DNA of 64,000 bases, from positions 4,704,001 through 4,768,000 of the forward strand of contig CM000154.2 of the NCBI GenBank assembly GCA_000004695.1, given 5' to 3'. The notes under the pieces were generated by a model. That model saw nothing but the letters and a program-made list of their open reading frames with translations, did not search any database and was not told the origin of the DNA. A program made the position numbers and the translations under genes. How positions within the stretch are numbered: the first letter of the stretch is position 1; every line of letters starts with the position of its first letter. This document shows positions 44,948 to 61,952 of this stretch, one piece after another. Source of the stretch: Dictyostelium discoideum (lineage: Eukaryota).

Positions 44948-44955
44948 TTTGGCGC
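44948..44955. promoter_or_regulatory. E2F-consensus-like TTTGGCGC motif about 340 bp upstream of the smc5 start codon
   Basis: Exact match to TTTSSCGC. CG-containing octamers are rare here. A cell-cycle/DNA-repair gene lies downstream in the correct orientation. Confidence 0.25.
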
Positions 44956-45874
44956 AAAAAAATTTCATTAAAAAAAAAAAATAAAAAATAATTTCCTTAA
45001 AAAAATAAAATAATTATCAACTAAAATAGAAAAGGTTTTTTTTTTAAAAATTTTTTTGTTTCAGGTAGGGCAAAAATATTATTAATCATTTTATTGTGTT
45101 TTTTTTATATTTCTATTTTTTTTAAATGTATTTCAGAAATCAAGAAACTTTTGGATGGATCGAGAAAAGGATCTATAATAAATCAAAAAAAAAGAAAGAA
45201 AAACTGTTTTAGTATTAGTAATTTGGATTTATAAGGTACTAATACATATATTTTTTTTTAAAAAAAAAAAAAAAAACAAATAAATATTAACATAATAGTA
45301 AAAATAATAAAATTTTAAAGGTTTGTGTGATTCCGGCATTCAGTTATTTTGTTTACTTTTTTTAAAAAAAAAACGAAAATAAAAGGACGTAGTAATTACA
45401 AAACATCAAGCCATCACTTTGTTCTAGCATCTCTCCAACGATGTCTCTTCACCTATTGAATCAATATCGAGAATCTTTATAAAGATGCAGATTACTTTTT
45501 TTAAAAAAAAGTAATACTAAAAAAAAAACAAATAAAATAAAAAAAATAGAAAAATAATAAAAAAAACGTGATAATAGATTTTCACTTACGATTAACTTTG
45601 GTGGCTTATAAAAAAAAAAAAAAATGAAAATGAAAATTTTTTTTTTTTTAAAAGCGAAAAAAAAAAAAAAAAAATTTTGAAAAAAAAAAAAATAAAAAAA
45701 AAAAAAAAGTAAAAAATAATTTTTCAAAGACAAGACGAATTACGGAACGTTCCGAAGTTCGATTTTTTTTTTTTTGGAAATTTTTTTCTTTTTTTTTAAA
45801 AAATTCTTTATTAATATATATGTGGGGTGTTGGGTGTTATGTATGATTTATTTTGATGATGATGATGATGTATT

Positions 45875-48408
45875 TTACTTTGTTTGGTGATTTAAAATTG
45901 GGTTATTATTGTTATTTGTGTTGTTGTTATTATTATTATTAGTGTTATTATTATTTACACCATTTGTCTGAGCAGTTGAAGCAGCATAAATTTGATGAAC
46001 TCTCATATGTTCTTTCCACATTAAAGATTGATGTTCTTTTGAACAAAAGTAAGTGGCATAACCAGTTTTAGCACAATTATAACATTCCAACATTGATTCC
46101 TCACCACAATAACAACATGGACGTTGTGGTGGTTGAATATGTTTATATTTTTCCAATACTAATTCTCTAGCTCTTTGTTTATCTCTTTCAAATTGTTCTT
46201 GTTGTAATTGTTTATTAATTTGTAATTGTTGTTGTTGTTGCTGTTGTTGTTGTAATTGTAATTGTAATTGTAATTGGAAATTTTGATTACTACTATTATT
46301 TGAGATCGAATGATTTAAATTACCTGTAATAATTGATGCTGTTGTTGGTTGTTGTTGTTGTTGTTGCTGTATATTATTATTGTTGTTATTGTTATTATTA
46401 TTATTATTGTTGTTGTTGTTGTTCGCTATATTGTTATTATTATTATTGTTTGAATTTTGGAAAGATTGAAATTGTTGTTGTGATACTTGTTGATGATATT
46501 GTTGTTGTAATGATGACAAACTATTTGCAGATGGTTGTGAATAAATACTATTTTGTTGTGGTGGTTGTTGTTGGGTTGATGATGATGAGGAGGATGATGA
46601 AGATGAATACATTGATGGGAAAGAAGAAGTTGATGAAGAGGATGCAGAGGAAGAAGTAGATGCAGCTGCTGTACTGCTACTATTATTACCATTGCTTATA
46701 TTATTACTAAAAATGGATGCATTTGAAAATGGAGTTTGAAACATATTTAAATCTGTGCCAAATAAAGATGATACGCTATTACCTAGAATACTACTATTGT
46801 TGTTATTGTTATTGTTATTGTTTATATTTACAGAACTATTATCATTATCTAGGTAACTACTCCAACTTGGTGTCCAATTGAATGGATCACTTGAGTATGT
46901 ATTTACTTCCTTACTAAATAACATTGACGATGAGTTTGATGAGTTTGATGATGAGGTTGATGATGATGAGGTTGCTGATGATGATGATCCACTATTACTA
47001 TCCCAATTATTTGCAAATATATTATAATAATTTGTATTAACTGATGGTATTATATTTGAATTTTGTTGTTGTAATTGTTGTTGTTGTAATTGTTGTTGTT
47101 GTTGCTGTTGTAATTGTTGTTGTAATTGTTGTTGTTGTTGTAATTGTTGTAATTGCTGTTGTTGTAATTGTTGTTGTAATTGTTGTTGTTGTTGTAATTG
47201 TTGTTGTTGCAATTGTTGTAGTTGTAGTTGTTGCAATTGTTGTTGTGATTGTTGTGGTTGTTGTTGTTGTTGTTTTACTTTTGGAGAGTTTGGTATATTT
47301 GTATTTTGTGGTTTTTTTGGTGAAAGTGGAATAGTATTGTTGGCCAAATTATTTATATTATTTAAATTATTGGTGTTGATACCATTTGTATTATTTAAAT
47401 TACCATTGCTATTGTTACTATTATTGCTAGTGTTATTATTATTGTTATTATTGTTATTATTATTGTTATTGTTATTATTATTAATATTAATATTATTATT
47501 ATTATTATTATTATTAAGTGGTTTAGTTTGTATTATTGGAACAGTGGTATTACCAGATTTTGAAAGATTAGATTTGGCAATATTGGTAGATTTTGAAGGA
47601 GTTGCACCTAATGGAGGGAATTCATTACCAAGTGGTGGGAACTCATCTTCATAGTGTTCAGCAGGTTGTTGAGGTAATTGAGTAGCATTAATACCATTTA
47701 ATAAAGGAGAAGTATTACCTGCTACTGCTGCAGAAAATGGAATTGGTTGTGAAGATGATAAACTGGATTGTGTACTATTACCATTAGCAATTGGTATAGC
47801 TGGTGCTGATGTATGTAATGAAATTGGCATTTGATGTAATTGATGAGTTGATGTTGTTGATCCCAAAACTGGGGAAATTGGTGTTTGTGATTGTTGTTGT
47901 TGACTTTGTTGTGATTGTTGACTTTGTTGTTGTTGTGGTTGTTCATTTTGTTGTATTATATTTGATTGTAAAGTTGGTGATGGTGGTGAATGTACTTGTG
48001 GTTGGTTTGGTGGTGGTGGTGAAATTGATGGTAAAACTGATAATTTAGAATTTTGTTGGTTACTAGTTGTTGGATCTGGTTGAATTGATAATTTTACATC
48101 TTTTTTAGTTTTATCGTCAGCAAATGGTTTGCTATAAGATGTTTGAACAGACAGTTTTTTATTTGAAGATTTTGATTTTGAACCTGGTATTGACCATTGA
48201 TCATTATCATTAATTAAATTTGAATTTGTTGTTTCACACATTGAACATGTTGGCATTGTTATATCTTCGTTAATATATGTACATATATTACAACGCCATT
48301 GACCTGATTTCAATTCAACACCATCCTCACTAGTGAGACCATTTTCACTTAAAATACCATCATTATTATCTAAACCATTATTAATTTCTCCATCTTGTTG
48401 CTGTTGTA

Positions 48409-48439
<31 letters not shown>

Positions 48440-48494
48440 CTGTTGTTGTTGTAATAAATATTGTTGTTGTTGTTGTTGCTGTTGTTGTTGTTGC

Positions 48495-48534
<40 letters not shown>

Positions 48535-49917
48535 GCTGTTGTTGTTGTTGTTGTTGTTGTTGTAATTGTTGTTGTTGCTGTTGTTGTTGCAATTGTTGTT
48601 GTTGTTTAATTAATAAATTTTTTTGTTGTAAATTATATTTCAATTGTTGATTTATCCTATTGTTATAATCTTCAAAATAAGCTTCCCATAATGGTGAACC
48701 TAATTCAGTTAAATGTGAACCTAATTTCTCGAGTTTAACCAATAACCTATTTAAATGATATAATAGTCTCTCTCTATTATATTCACTGATCACTGGTTTA
48801 GTATCTTGTAAATGAGTTAAATGTGCCTCTGGTCCAACCGAGGAACCACGAGTATTTGTTAATTTCTCACAATGTGTTATGAATGGCATATCCTCAACAT
48901 AATCAATTGCTTCAATAACTTGTAAATGAAATCTAATAACTGTCTTTTGAGCACTTGTTAATTTTGATGCTATCTTTTCATCTAAAAATAATGAACCACT
49001 ACTATTATCTGATAAAATATTATTACTACTACTATTATTACTAATACTATTCTTTGCTGCTATTTTTAAATCTTTAAATTCACTTATACCTATTTTTTTT
49101 TTTAAAAAAAAAATAAAAAAAATAAAAAATAAAAATTAATAAATATTTTTTTTTTTTTTTTTTTTTTTAATTTATAATAAATAAATTTCTATTATTATAT
49201 ACATACTTGATTTTGCCTTTTGTAGTCTATCCTTAACATGTCTTAATTTGCAATGTTTTTCTAATAAATTAAATGCCTGTTCATCGGTTAATTCTTCATC
49301 TTCTTTTGGTAATAACATACTCCATTCATTCCAAATACATGTAATAACATCATCAATCTAATAATTTATTTATTTATACAATTTTAGAAATAAAATAAAA
49401 TAAAAAATTATTAGAAATGTATTTTTTTTTTTTTTTTTTCTTTTTTTTTTTTTAAAAAAAATTTTAATTTTTTACTTACATCCATTTCAACTAATTTACC
49501 CCTTCTTTTAGCTTGACAAGATCTATTTTTTAAATTTCTATCACCAAGTACAATTAAACAATCAGCTTTGGAACCAGTTATAATCTCTGCTAAATTTTCA
49601 GTTTTAATACTTTGATTATTATTTTCTTCAGTCTTTAAAAATACATCAATACCTTTCTCAAGGAATTGGTTTTGTACTTCCTTTGCAAATCTCATCACTC
49701 TTGGATCAGCGGCATACAATACCACCATTTGTAAGAATGGTCTTCTTCCAGCCATCCTACTTGGATTAACTCTACAACTATATGATATAAATTCTTCTGA
49801 ATCTTCAGATAATGATAAGTTACTTATATTTAAAAAATTATTATTATTATTATTGTTCGTATTTCCATTACTATTATTAACATTACTATTACTACTATTT
49901 AAAACTGGTGAAACTAA

Positions 49918-49959
<42 letters not shown>

Positions 49960-50406
49960 ATTATTATTATTATTAATATTATTAATATTAATATTATTAT
50001 TATTATTGTTATTATTATTATTATTATTCCCTGAATTATTCACAAAAGATGAAGAATTATTTAAAACGTTTGTAGAAGTATTATTATTATTAGACCCATT
50101 AGTATTATTGTTATTGTTATTTGTACTATTTAAAATTGGTGAAGTTGGAGCAGTTTTATTCTTTTCAGTTTGTATATTGGTATTATTTATTGTAGAGTTG
50201 TTTTCATTATTATTATTATTGTTATTATTATTATTATTATTGTTGTTATTATTATTATTTGAAGAGGAAGGTGTTTTTGCTGTATATGCTATAGTGGTTG
50301 ATGGAGTTGACCCACTACCATATGAATGTGAAAACCTGCATGAATCTCCTAATTTGCATGTACCTGATTTAAAATATTTACAAATAACTGGATATCTACC
50401 TGTCAT
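45875..50406 (-). CDS. Large poly-Q/poly-N protein with an N-terminal C3H1 zinc finger, a central RanBP2-type zinc finger and a C-terminal MYND zinc finger. Three exons (50406..about 49488, about 49363..49211, about 49087..45875).
   Basis: C3H1: CKYFKSGTCKLGDSCRFSH. RanBP2-zf: GQWRCNICTYINEDITMPTCSMCETTN. MYND: CCYCGEESMLECYNCAKTGYATYFCSKEHQSLMWKEHMRVHQ. ORF-track frames 49411..50406 and 45875..48889 are linked through a small middle exon (IDDVITCIWNEWSMLLPKEDEELTDEQAFNLLEKHCKLRHVKDRLQKAK) by GTAAGT and GTATGT donors with consistent phases. Confidence 0.7.
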
Positions 50407-51733
50407 TGTAAATTTATTATTTTTATTATTAATATTAATATTATTGTTATTAATTTTTGTTGTTGTTGTTGTTGTTGTTGTTATTATTATTGCTGCTACT
50501 CTTGAAGTGGTTGTCGGTATTGCCGCTTGTTGTTATTATTGTTTTTGATGCTATCTAGTTTGTGTTGTTGTTGTTGTTGGTTGTTGTTATCTCAACTTCA
50601 ATTGGGTTGTCCTTGAAAAATTCTGTTTTTATTAATTTTTTTATTTTTTATTTTAATTGAAGTTAGTAAGGCGAAAGTTTTTTTTAGAAAAAAAAAAAAA
50701 AAAATAAATACAAAAAAAAAAAAAAAAAAAAATATAGTTTTATTTGATTTATAATTAATAAATGTATGTGAACGTTTTTTTATTTTTTTTTTTTCTTTTT
50801 TTTTTAAAAAGTTGTAAATTTCTGCTTTTTACTTTACTTTTTTTTTTTTTTTGTGTTATTTGATTTTTTTTCCAATTTTTTTTTTGTCTTTCGTTCGAAT
50901 GACGAAGGGGTTATTATTATTATTATTTTTTTCTTAAAAAAAAAAAAAGTGGGGTATAGTCGAAAAAAAAATAAAAAAATAAAAAAAGTGTAAATTGTTG
51001 TGGTTGGGATGTAATTTTTGTTACTTTTTTTTTTTTACCCTATGAAAAATGTATCTCTTTGAAATGATTCGAAAAAAGTTTTTTCTTTGTTTTGTTTGGT
51101 GTTGTTTAATTGGTTGGTTTTTTCAAAAAAAGAAAGAAAAGAAAAAAAAAAAAAAAAAAAAGTATATCTATTTAAATTATTACTTATTAGTTTTTTTTTA
51201 TTATTATTTATTTTATTTATTTTTTTAATTTTTTTTTTTGTGAATTACTTGAGGACGATACGAATGAAAAAAAAAAAAAAAAAAAAAAAATTTAAAAAAA
51301 AAAAAAAAAAAAAATCAAAAAACAAAAAAAAAAAAAAAAAAATGAAATTTAAAATTTTTTTTTAAATTTTTTTTTTTTTTTTAGTAACTTAATAACAATA
51401 ATAATAATGGCTTTCTATTATTTATCTGAAACCTTTCTAATCGTATTAAATCATCAAATATAGCCATATATATTGGACTTCGATAGATGACACCACTTTT
51501 TATAAAAATAAAAAAAATAAAAAATAAAAAATAAAAAATAAAAAAAACAAAAAAATGTACTTCCTTTTTTTTTTTTTTTTTTTTTTTTTCATTATTTTTT
51601 TTTTTTCCAAAATGAGAAGCCAATAAGATTATTATCTTATCTTATCCAATCAACAAAAATAATTTTTTATTTATTTTTTTATTTTTTTTTATTTTTTTAT
51701 TTTTTTTACAATACACAATAAATCCAATGATTA

Positions 51734-52072
51734 TTATAAAGTAATATTTGTATTTAAAGTTTGGGGTTGTTTATGTTGATTTGGAGGTAAAGTTTGTTGT
51801 TGTTGTAATTGTTGTTGAAACTCTAAAGAGGGTTTAACTGTGAGATCTCTTTCTTTTTGTAATGCTCTCTCTACTTTTTGATTTAATTCGATTTGATATT
51901 GTTTCTTTTTCTCTTTTAAATTATTTGCTCTATCTGTTAATCTATTCATTCTATCTTGAGAATTTGACATTTCTCTCTTAAGATTTTGAATTTTATTTAA
52001 ATATTCTTGAACTTTTTTAAACTATAGTGTTGTTATTTTTTTTCATTATTAATAAGTATGATTACCTAAAAA

Positions 52073-52103
<31 letters not shown>

Positions 52104-52520
52104 AGTTGATAATTACATTTTCTATAATAACATCTATATTTTTAACATTTTGTAATTTTACATTTTCATTTTTCAATGAGTTTAATAATACTAATTGTTC
52201 ATTTCTAATAAAATTATATTAGTTTTTTTTTTTATTTTTTTTATTTTTTTTTTATAATTTCAAACTACATACTGTAATTCATTAAGTTTTAAAGTAATAG
52301 CATCTAAAGGTATTTTTGATAATAATAATAAACCTTCTGTTAAATCTGGAACACATAATGAAATTGCATCTTTGTTACTTAGTTTTGAGGGTATATTATC
52401 TATATTATCTGTGACATTATCATTTGTATTTGTATTATTATTATTATTATTATTGTTATCATTATTTATATTAGGTGCATTATCTATATTTTCATTATTT
52501 TTATTATTATTTTCATCCAT
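51734..52520 (-). CDS. Small coiled-coil protein of about 185 aa. Three exons (52520..about 52274, about 52204..52118, about 52030..51734).
   Basis: MDENNN..LSKIPLDAITLKLNELQ | NEQLVLLNSLKNENVKLQNVKNIDVIIEN | FKKVQEYLNKIQNLKREMSNSQDRMNRLTDRANNLKEKKKQYQIELNQKVERALQKERDLT..*. Donors GTATGT and GTAATT, acceptors attAG and ctatAG, phases match. Function unknown. Confidence 0.45.
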
Positions 52521-53035
52521 TGCGTGTGGTGTGTTAAAGTGTAAAAAAAAAAAAAAAAAAAAAAATAAAAATTAAAAAAAAAAAAATAAAAATAAAAATA
52601 AAAATAAAAATAAAATAAAAAATTTTTAAATGAAAAAATTAAAAAAAGGATTATTACCTGTAATAAAAAAAGGTTTTTTTATTATTATTTTGGAAATAGA
52701 ATACCACAATTGTTGTCAATTTTTAATAATTTAAATTGTGGTATTTCATATTAATCATTTTAAAATATATTCTATATATATTCTATATTTTTTTTTTTTC
52801 TAATAATATTTTATTTTTTTTTTATTTTTTTTTATTTTTTTTTATTTTTTTAATTTCAATTTAATTTAATTTTTTTTTTCTTTTTTTTTTTTCTTTTCTT
52901 TTTTTTTTTTTTTTTAATACTTATAATAATAAATAAATAAATAAAAACAAATAAATAAATAAACAAATAAAAACAAGTAAAAAATTAAAAACAAAAATAA
53001 ATAAATAAATAAAAATAAAAATAAATAAATAAATA

Positions 53036-57136
<4,101 letters not shown>

Positions 57137-57256
57137 TAAAAAATAATTGTAAATTATATATAATTACATGTAATTATATGTGTATATATAATATATAATT
57201 TTTTTTTTTTTTTAATAAAAAGGTATTTGTAATGGTACTATTTAGTAATTTTATTT

Positions 57257-57287
<31 letters not shown>

Positions 57288-57340
57288 CAGATATTTTTGA
57301 TGGTTTTTAATAATTAATCAAAAAATTGATTAATAACAAG

Positions 57341-59212
57341 TTGGTGTATATTTACAACAACCTACACCTTTACATTCAAATAAACGAATTGTTTCATTTT
57401 CAAGGTATGTACAACTCTTACCTGTTTTTTCACAATCAAGATCACGACATACTAAACAACCTTCTTCTAAATCATATGGTGGTGGATCAGCTGGTAATGG
57501 AGTTGGGGTTGGTCTTGGTGGGACAGTGGTTGGTGATGGAGTTGGAGTTGTAGTTGGAGTTGGGGTAACGGTTGGAGTAACGGTTGGTGTAACAGTTGGG
57601 GTAACAGTTGGAGTAACAGTTGGGGTAACAGTTGGAGTTACAGATGGAGTTGGAGTACAAATGTATGTTGGAATACATACACCATTTTCACAATATGAAA
57701 AAATGCATGGATCAGTGCTTGTACAATTAATAGGGTTTATTAAACAAGGTGGGTTCCCTCTTGGATTACATTCCCTTGGGAAGCATAAATCATTTGTAAT
57801 ACAAGTATCTACAGCATTACATGCATCACAATTATCAAACTTATCATAATAACAACCTATAGCTGGATCACAATGATCAGTGGTACATGGATCATTATCA
57901 TTACAATTTTTTGGAATTGCAAGACAACCAAAACCTATTTCACAACTTTTAAAAAAAAAAACAAATTAATTAATTAATTTTACTTTTTTTTTTCCAAATA
58001 ATTTAAAAAACTATTATTGAAAATAATTAAAAATATATTTTGAATAAATACATACGATTCTACTAAACATTTGTCATTAGTAGTGTTACATATCTTATCA
58101 ACAAATTCACATTGGTAATTATTATCTGGACCACATGCTTGTATTAAACATGGGTTAATAGGACTTTCGGAACATTGGTTAACCATACAACACTAAATTT
58201 TTAAAAATTAAATTTTGATTAATAAAAACTGCTTTATTTAAAAAAAATAAAAAATAAACTTACAGTATCATTATGACCATCACAACTGTATATATAATAA
58301 AAAAACCAATGTATTAAAAGATCTGATCAACTATTTTATTAATAATTTTATTATTATTATGTGGGGGAAAAAAATACTTACACTCCACAAGCATCATAGG
58401 CTGAACATGTGAAATTTAAATTGGTAATAATATTTAAAGTTGATTGTGATGTATGTCTTTCACAATAAAAGAAATCCCATGGATAACTTTGGCCAACTGT
58501 CAAACCTAAATCATCCATATTAACAGTTCTTGATGCTGCTGTATGAATACCACCAATATCAATTCTTAAAACATCATCAAAGAATACCCATACATCATCA
58601 TCTCCTGAAAATGTAAAATATTCACCACCATGATATGTAAAACTAAAATATAGCAAATTATTAATAAAAAATTATTAATAAAAAATTATTAAATTATTAT
58701 TATTTTAAAACTTACCTATAATGAATTTTCATACAAAAATGGAAATTATGACCCAAATAATGTGGTTCATTTGGATAAACTGTTGAATTATCGAAACCAT
58801 TACCATCAATTGGAAAGAATGAATTGCTTTGGTAGGCATATGTGCTATCACCAACCCTTGTTAAAGTGAGATCATATGGAATTGGGACGTTAACTTTTTA
58901 AATAATAATAATAATGAAATTAAAATTAACAATTTGTTTTTTAAAATTTAGTAAAAAAAAATATTAATTATTATATATACATACCACCTGGAACACTATG
59001 GAACCAAGAATAAAATGTCGATTGGTTGTGAACTACGATTCTACCATTTTCAGTTACTGGAGAATCACCACAGCAATAAACTGGTGTACCATCAGCACCC
59101 AAGTCTGGTTGAACAATACCTTCAACTACACCATTATAATAAGTTTCAATTTCGAAATCAGCTATAATTTATTTAAATAATTTAAAAATTAAAATATTTT
59201 TTAATTTCATTA

Positions 59213-59244
<32 letters not shown>

Positions 59245-59296
59245 AAAAAAAAATATAATAAAAATAATTTTAAAATTATATATATATGACTTACGA

Positions 59297-59329
<33 letters not shown>

Positions 59330-59636
59330 TATTAATAAATATATTAAAAAATAAAAAAATTTGAATTAGTATTGAATATTTCTATTTTTTTTTTTTTTTA
59401 AAATAAAAAAAATAATCTAAAAAATACTTACAATAGGAGATTCATCATAAATTGTTGCTGAAAGAACAATAGAGTCTGGTTGACCTTGTGAGAAACCCTC
59501 TTTAAATGTAAAAAATTTAATAGTTTATATGTTAATATATTTTTTATTTTTTATTATATAATAATTTTATTAAGTTTAATTTTATTTTATTTACCCTTAT
59601 ATAAATTACTTAATAAAAGTATTAACAACAAATATG
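57341..59636 (-). CDS. Secreted PA14-domain protein with Cys-rich repeats and a Thr/Pro-rich linker (psi/PsiA-like family). At least 9 exons, including 7-nt and 22-nt micro-exons.
   Basis: Signal peptide [19 protein letters not shown]14 core ..[63 protein letters not shown].. Cys repeats [30 protein letters not shown].. and [42 protein letters not shown].. A (TPTV)n linker. C-terminus ..[10 protein letters not shown]. Most donors are GTAAGT. Exon order on the minus strand is about 59636-59585, 59506-59438, a 7-nt exon near 59300, 59165-58978, 58867-58690, 58617-58394, a 22-nt exon near 58250, 58193-58060, 57955-57341. Confidence 0.75.
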
Positions 59637-60544
59637 AATATTTCATATTGTTTTTTTTTTTTGTTTTTTTATAATAATTAATAATATTATTAATTGTTCT
59701 TTTTTTTTTTTTTTTTTTTTTATAATTAAAAATCAATTTATTTCTTTTTTTAATAATGTTTTCCAATTTTTAAAAAATGTTTTCCAATTTTTAAATATTC
59801 ATATAATGTTACTATAAATATATAAATAATATTGATTTTTATTGTGTTTTATTTATTAAATGTTCATATGAAACAAATAAATTATTATTTTTTTTTTTTT
59901 GTTTTTTTTTTTTTTATTTGTTTGTTTTTTTTTTTTTTTTTTGTTTTTATTAAATATCTTTTTATATATAATTATTTCTCATTTCAATAAAAAATCATAC
60001 CCCCACTTTTGTTTTACAAATTATAACTATAAAAATTAATATTTAACATCCACTACAAAAAAAAAAAGTAAATAAAAGGGGTTTCATATGGACTGTCACT
60101 GCTTTCAAAAATTTAAATTAATTTGTAAAAAATAATAATTTATAATAAACTTATTTTTTTATTGTAATTGTTTTTTAAAAAAAAATAAAAAATAAAAAAT
60201 AAAAAATAAAAATAATAATAAAATAATAAAGTAAAGTTAATTGGAGAAAAAAAAAAATATATATTAATAAAATTGAAAAATATAGTAAAATTAAAATTAT
60301 TATGAAAATAATTAGAGCTTTAGTTTAATTATAACTTTATGATTTATTTATTCTCACATTAACATATTTTATTATATTTATTTTTTTTTTTTATTTTTAA
60401 TTTTTTTTTTTTTGGTTTTTTTTTTTTTTTTTTAAAATTTCATTTTTTTTATTTTTTTTTTTATTTTTTTTATTTTTTTATTTTTTTTTTTTTTTTTTTT
60501 TGATCTTCTCAATATTAATATTATAAATATCATAATAAACAACA

Positions 60545-61952
60545 ATGATTGGAAGATTAAATTTAATTACCAAATCAAATTTATTTAAAAATGTATTAAA
60601 AACTATTATTTTAATATATATGAATTTTTAAAAAAGATTAAAAACCTTCATATTAATATTTTTTTCCTTTTTTTTTCACAAAAAAAAATAAAATAAAATA
60701 AAATAAAATAAAATAAAATTTTATATAAACAAAAATTTTAAATGAAAATGAATCATTAATATTTTAAATGGAAATAAAACAAAAATTATTAAAAAAATAA
60801 AAAAAAATTAAAAAAAAAAAAAAAATTAAAATTTTTAGGTTAATAATTTAAATAATAAAAATTATTATTCAACTTGTTTAGTTATAGCAGAACATGATAA
60901 TAATCAATTATTAAATTCAACATTGAATACAATTACAGCAGCATCAAAATTAGGAGTCACAAATATATCAGTATTAGTAGCAGGTTCAAAATGTGGACCA
61001 GTTGCAGACTCAGTATCAAAAGTTAGTGGTGTAACCAACGTAGTTTGCGTTGACCATCCAACATTAGAACACTCATTAGCAGAGACAATCACCCCAATCA
61101 TTGTTAAATTACAATCATCATCGTCAAAAGAGGGTGACGAAATTACACACATCTTCACACCAGCATCCAATTTTGGTAAAAACTTCTTACCAAGAGTCGC
61201 AGCATTATTAAACGTTTCACAAATTAGCGAGATTACAAAAGTAAAAGACGCTGAAACTTTCCAAAGACCAATCTACGCTGGCAATGCAATCGCCACCGTT
61301 AAATCAACTGATAAATGTAAAGTTGGTACTGTTCGTACAACAGCTTTCGATAAAGCCCCAACAAGCGGTGGTTCGGCAAAGGTCGTCTCTGCCAACGATT
61401 GGGCTGTACCATTAATTGAGAAAGCAATCTCTGAAACAAACATTAAATGGGAATCTTCTGAAGTTAAAAAATCTGAACGTCCAGAATTAACAAGTGCTCG
61501 TGTTGTAGTATCTGGTGGTAGAGGTATGAAAAATGGTGAAAACTTTAAAATGTTAGAAGAATTAGCTGATACTTTAGGTGGTGCAGGTAAGAATTGCCTT
61601 TTATTTATCAACTCAAATCCAATTATAATTTCCTTACAAACTTTTTTTTTTTTTTTTTTTATTATTACTATAAAATTTAGTTGGTGCATCAAGAGCAGCT
61701 GTTGATTCAGGTTTTGTTTCAAATGATTTACAAGTTGGTCAAACTGGTAAGATTGTAGCACCAGAATTATATATTGCTGTTGGTATTAGTGGTGCTATTC
61801 AACATTTAGCTGGTATGAAAGATAGTAAAGTAATTGTTGCTATCAATAAAGATCCAGAAGCACCAATCTTTCAAGTTGCTGATGTTGGTTTAGTTGGTGA
61901 TTTATTCAATGAAGTTCCAAAATTAACCGAATCAATTAAAAAATCAAAATAA
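60545..61952 (+). CDS. etfA: Electron transfer flavoprotein alpha subunit (ETFA), mitochondrial. Three exons (60545..60592, 60839..61586, 61681..61952).
   Basis: Presequence exon [16 protein letters not shown]. Then ..[75 protein letters not shown] | [68 protein letters not shown].., which is co-linear with animal ETF-alpha. Donors GTATTA and GTAAGA. Confidence 0.85.

Noticed and set aside
45330-45480. GC-richer patch (ggtttgtgtgattccggcattcag ... ccatcactttgttctagcatctctccaacgatgtctcttcacc) considered as an snRNA, SRP RNA or tRNA candidate
   Set aside because: There is no match to U1/U2/U4/U5/U6 conserved boxes, no tRNA cloverleaf or T-loop (GGTTCGAATCC) and no terminator context. The only ORFs are very short.
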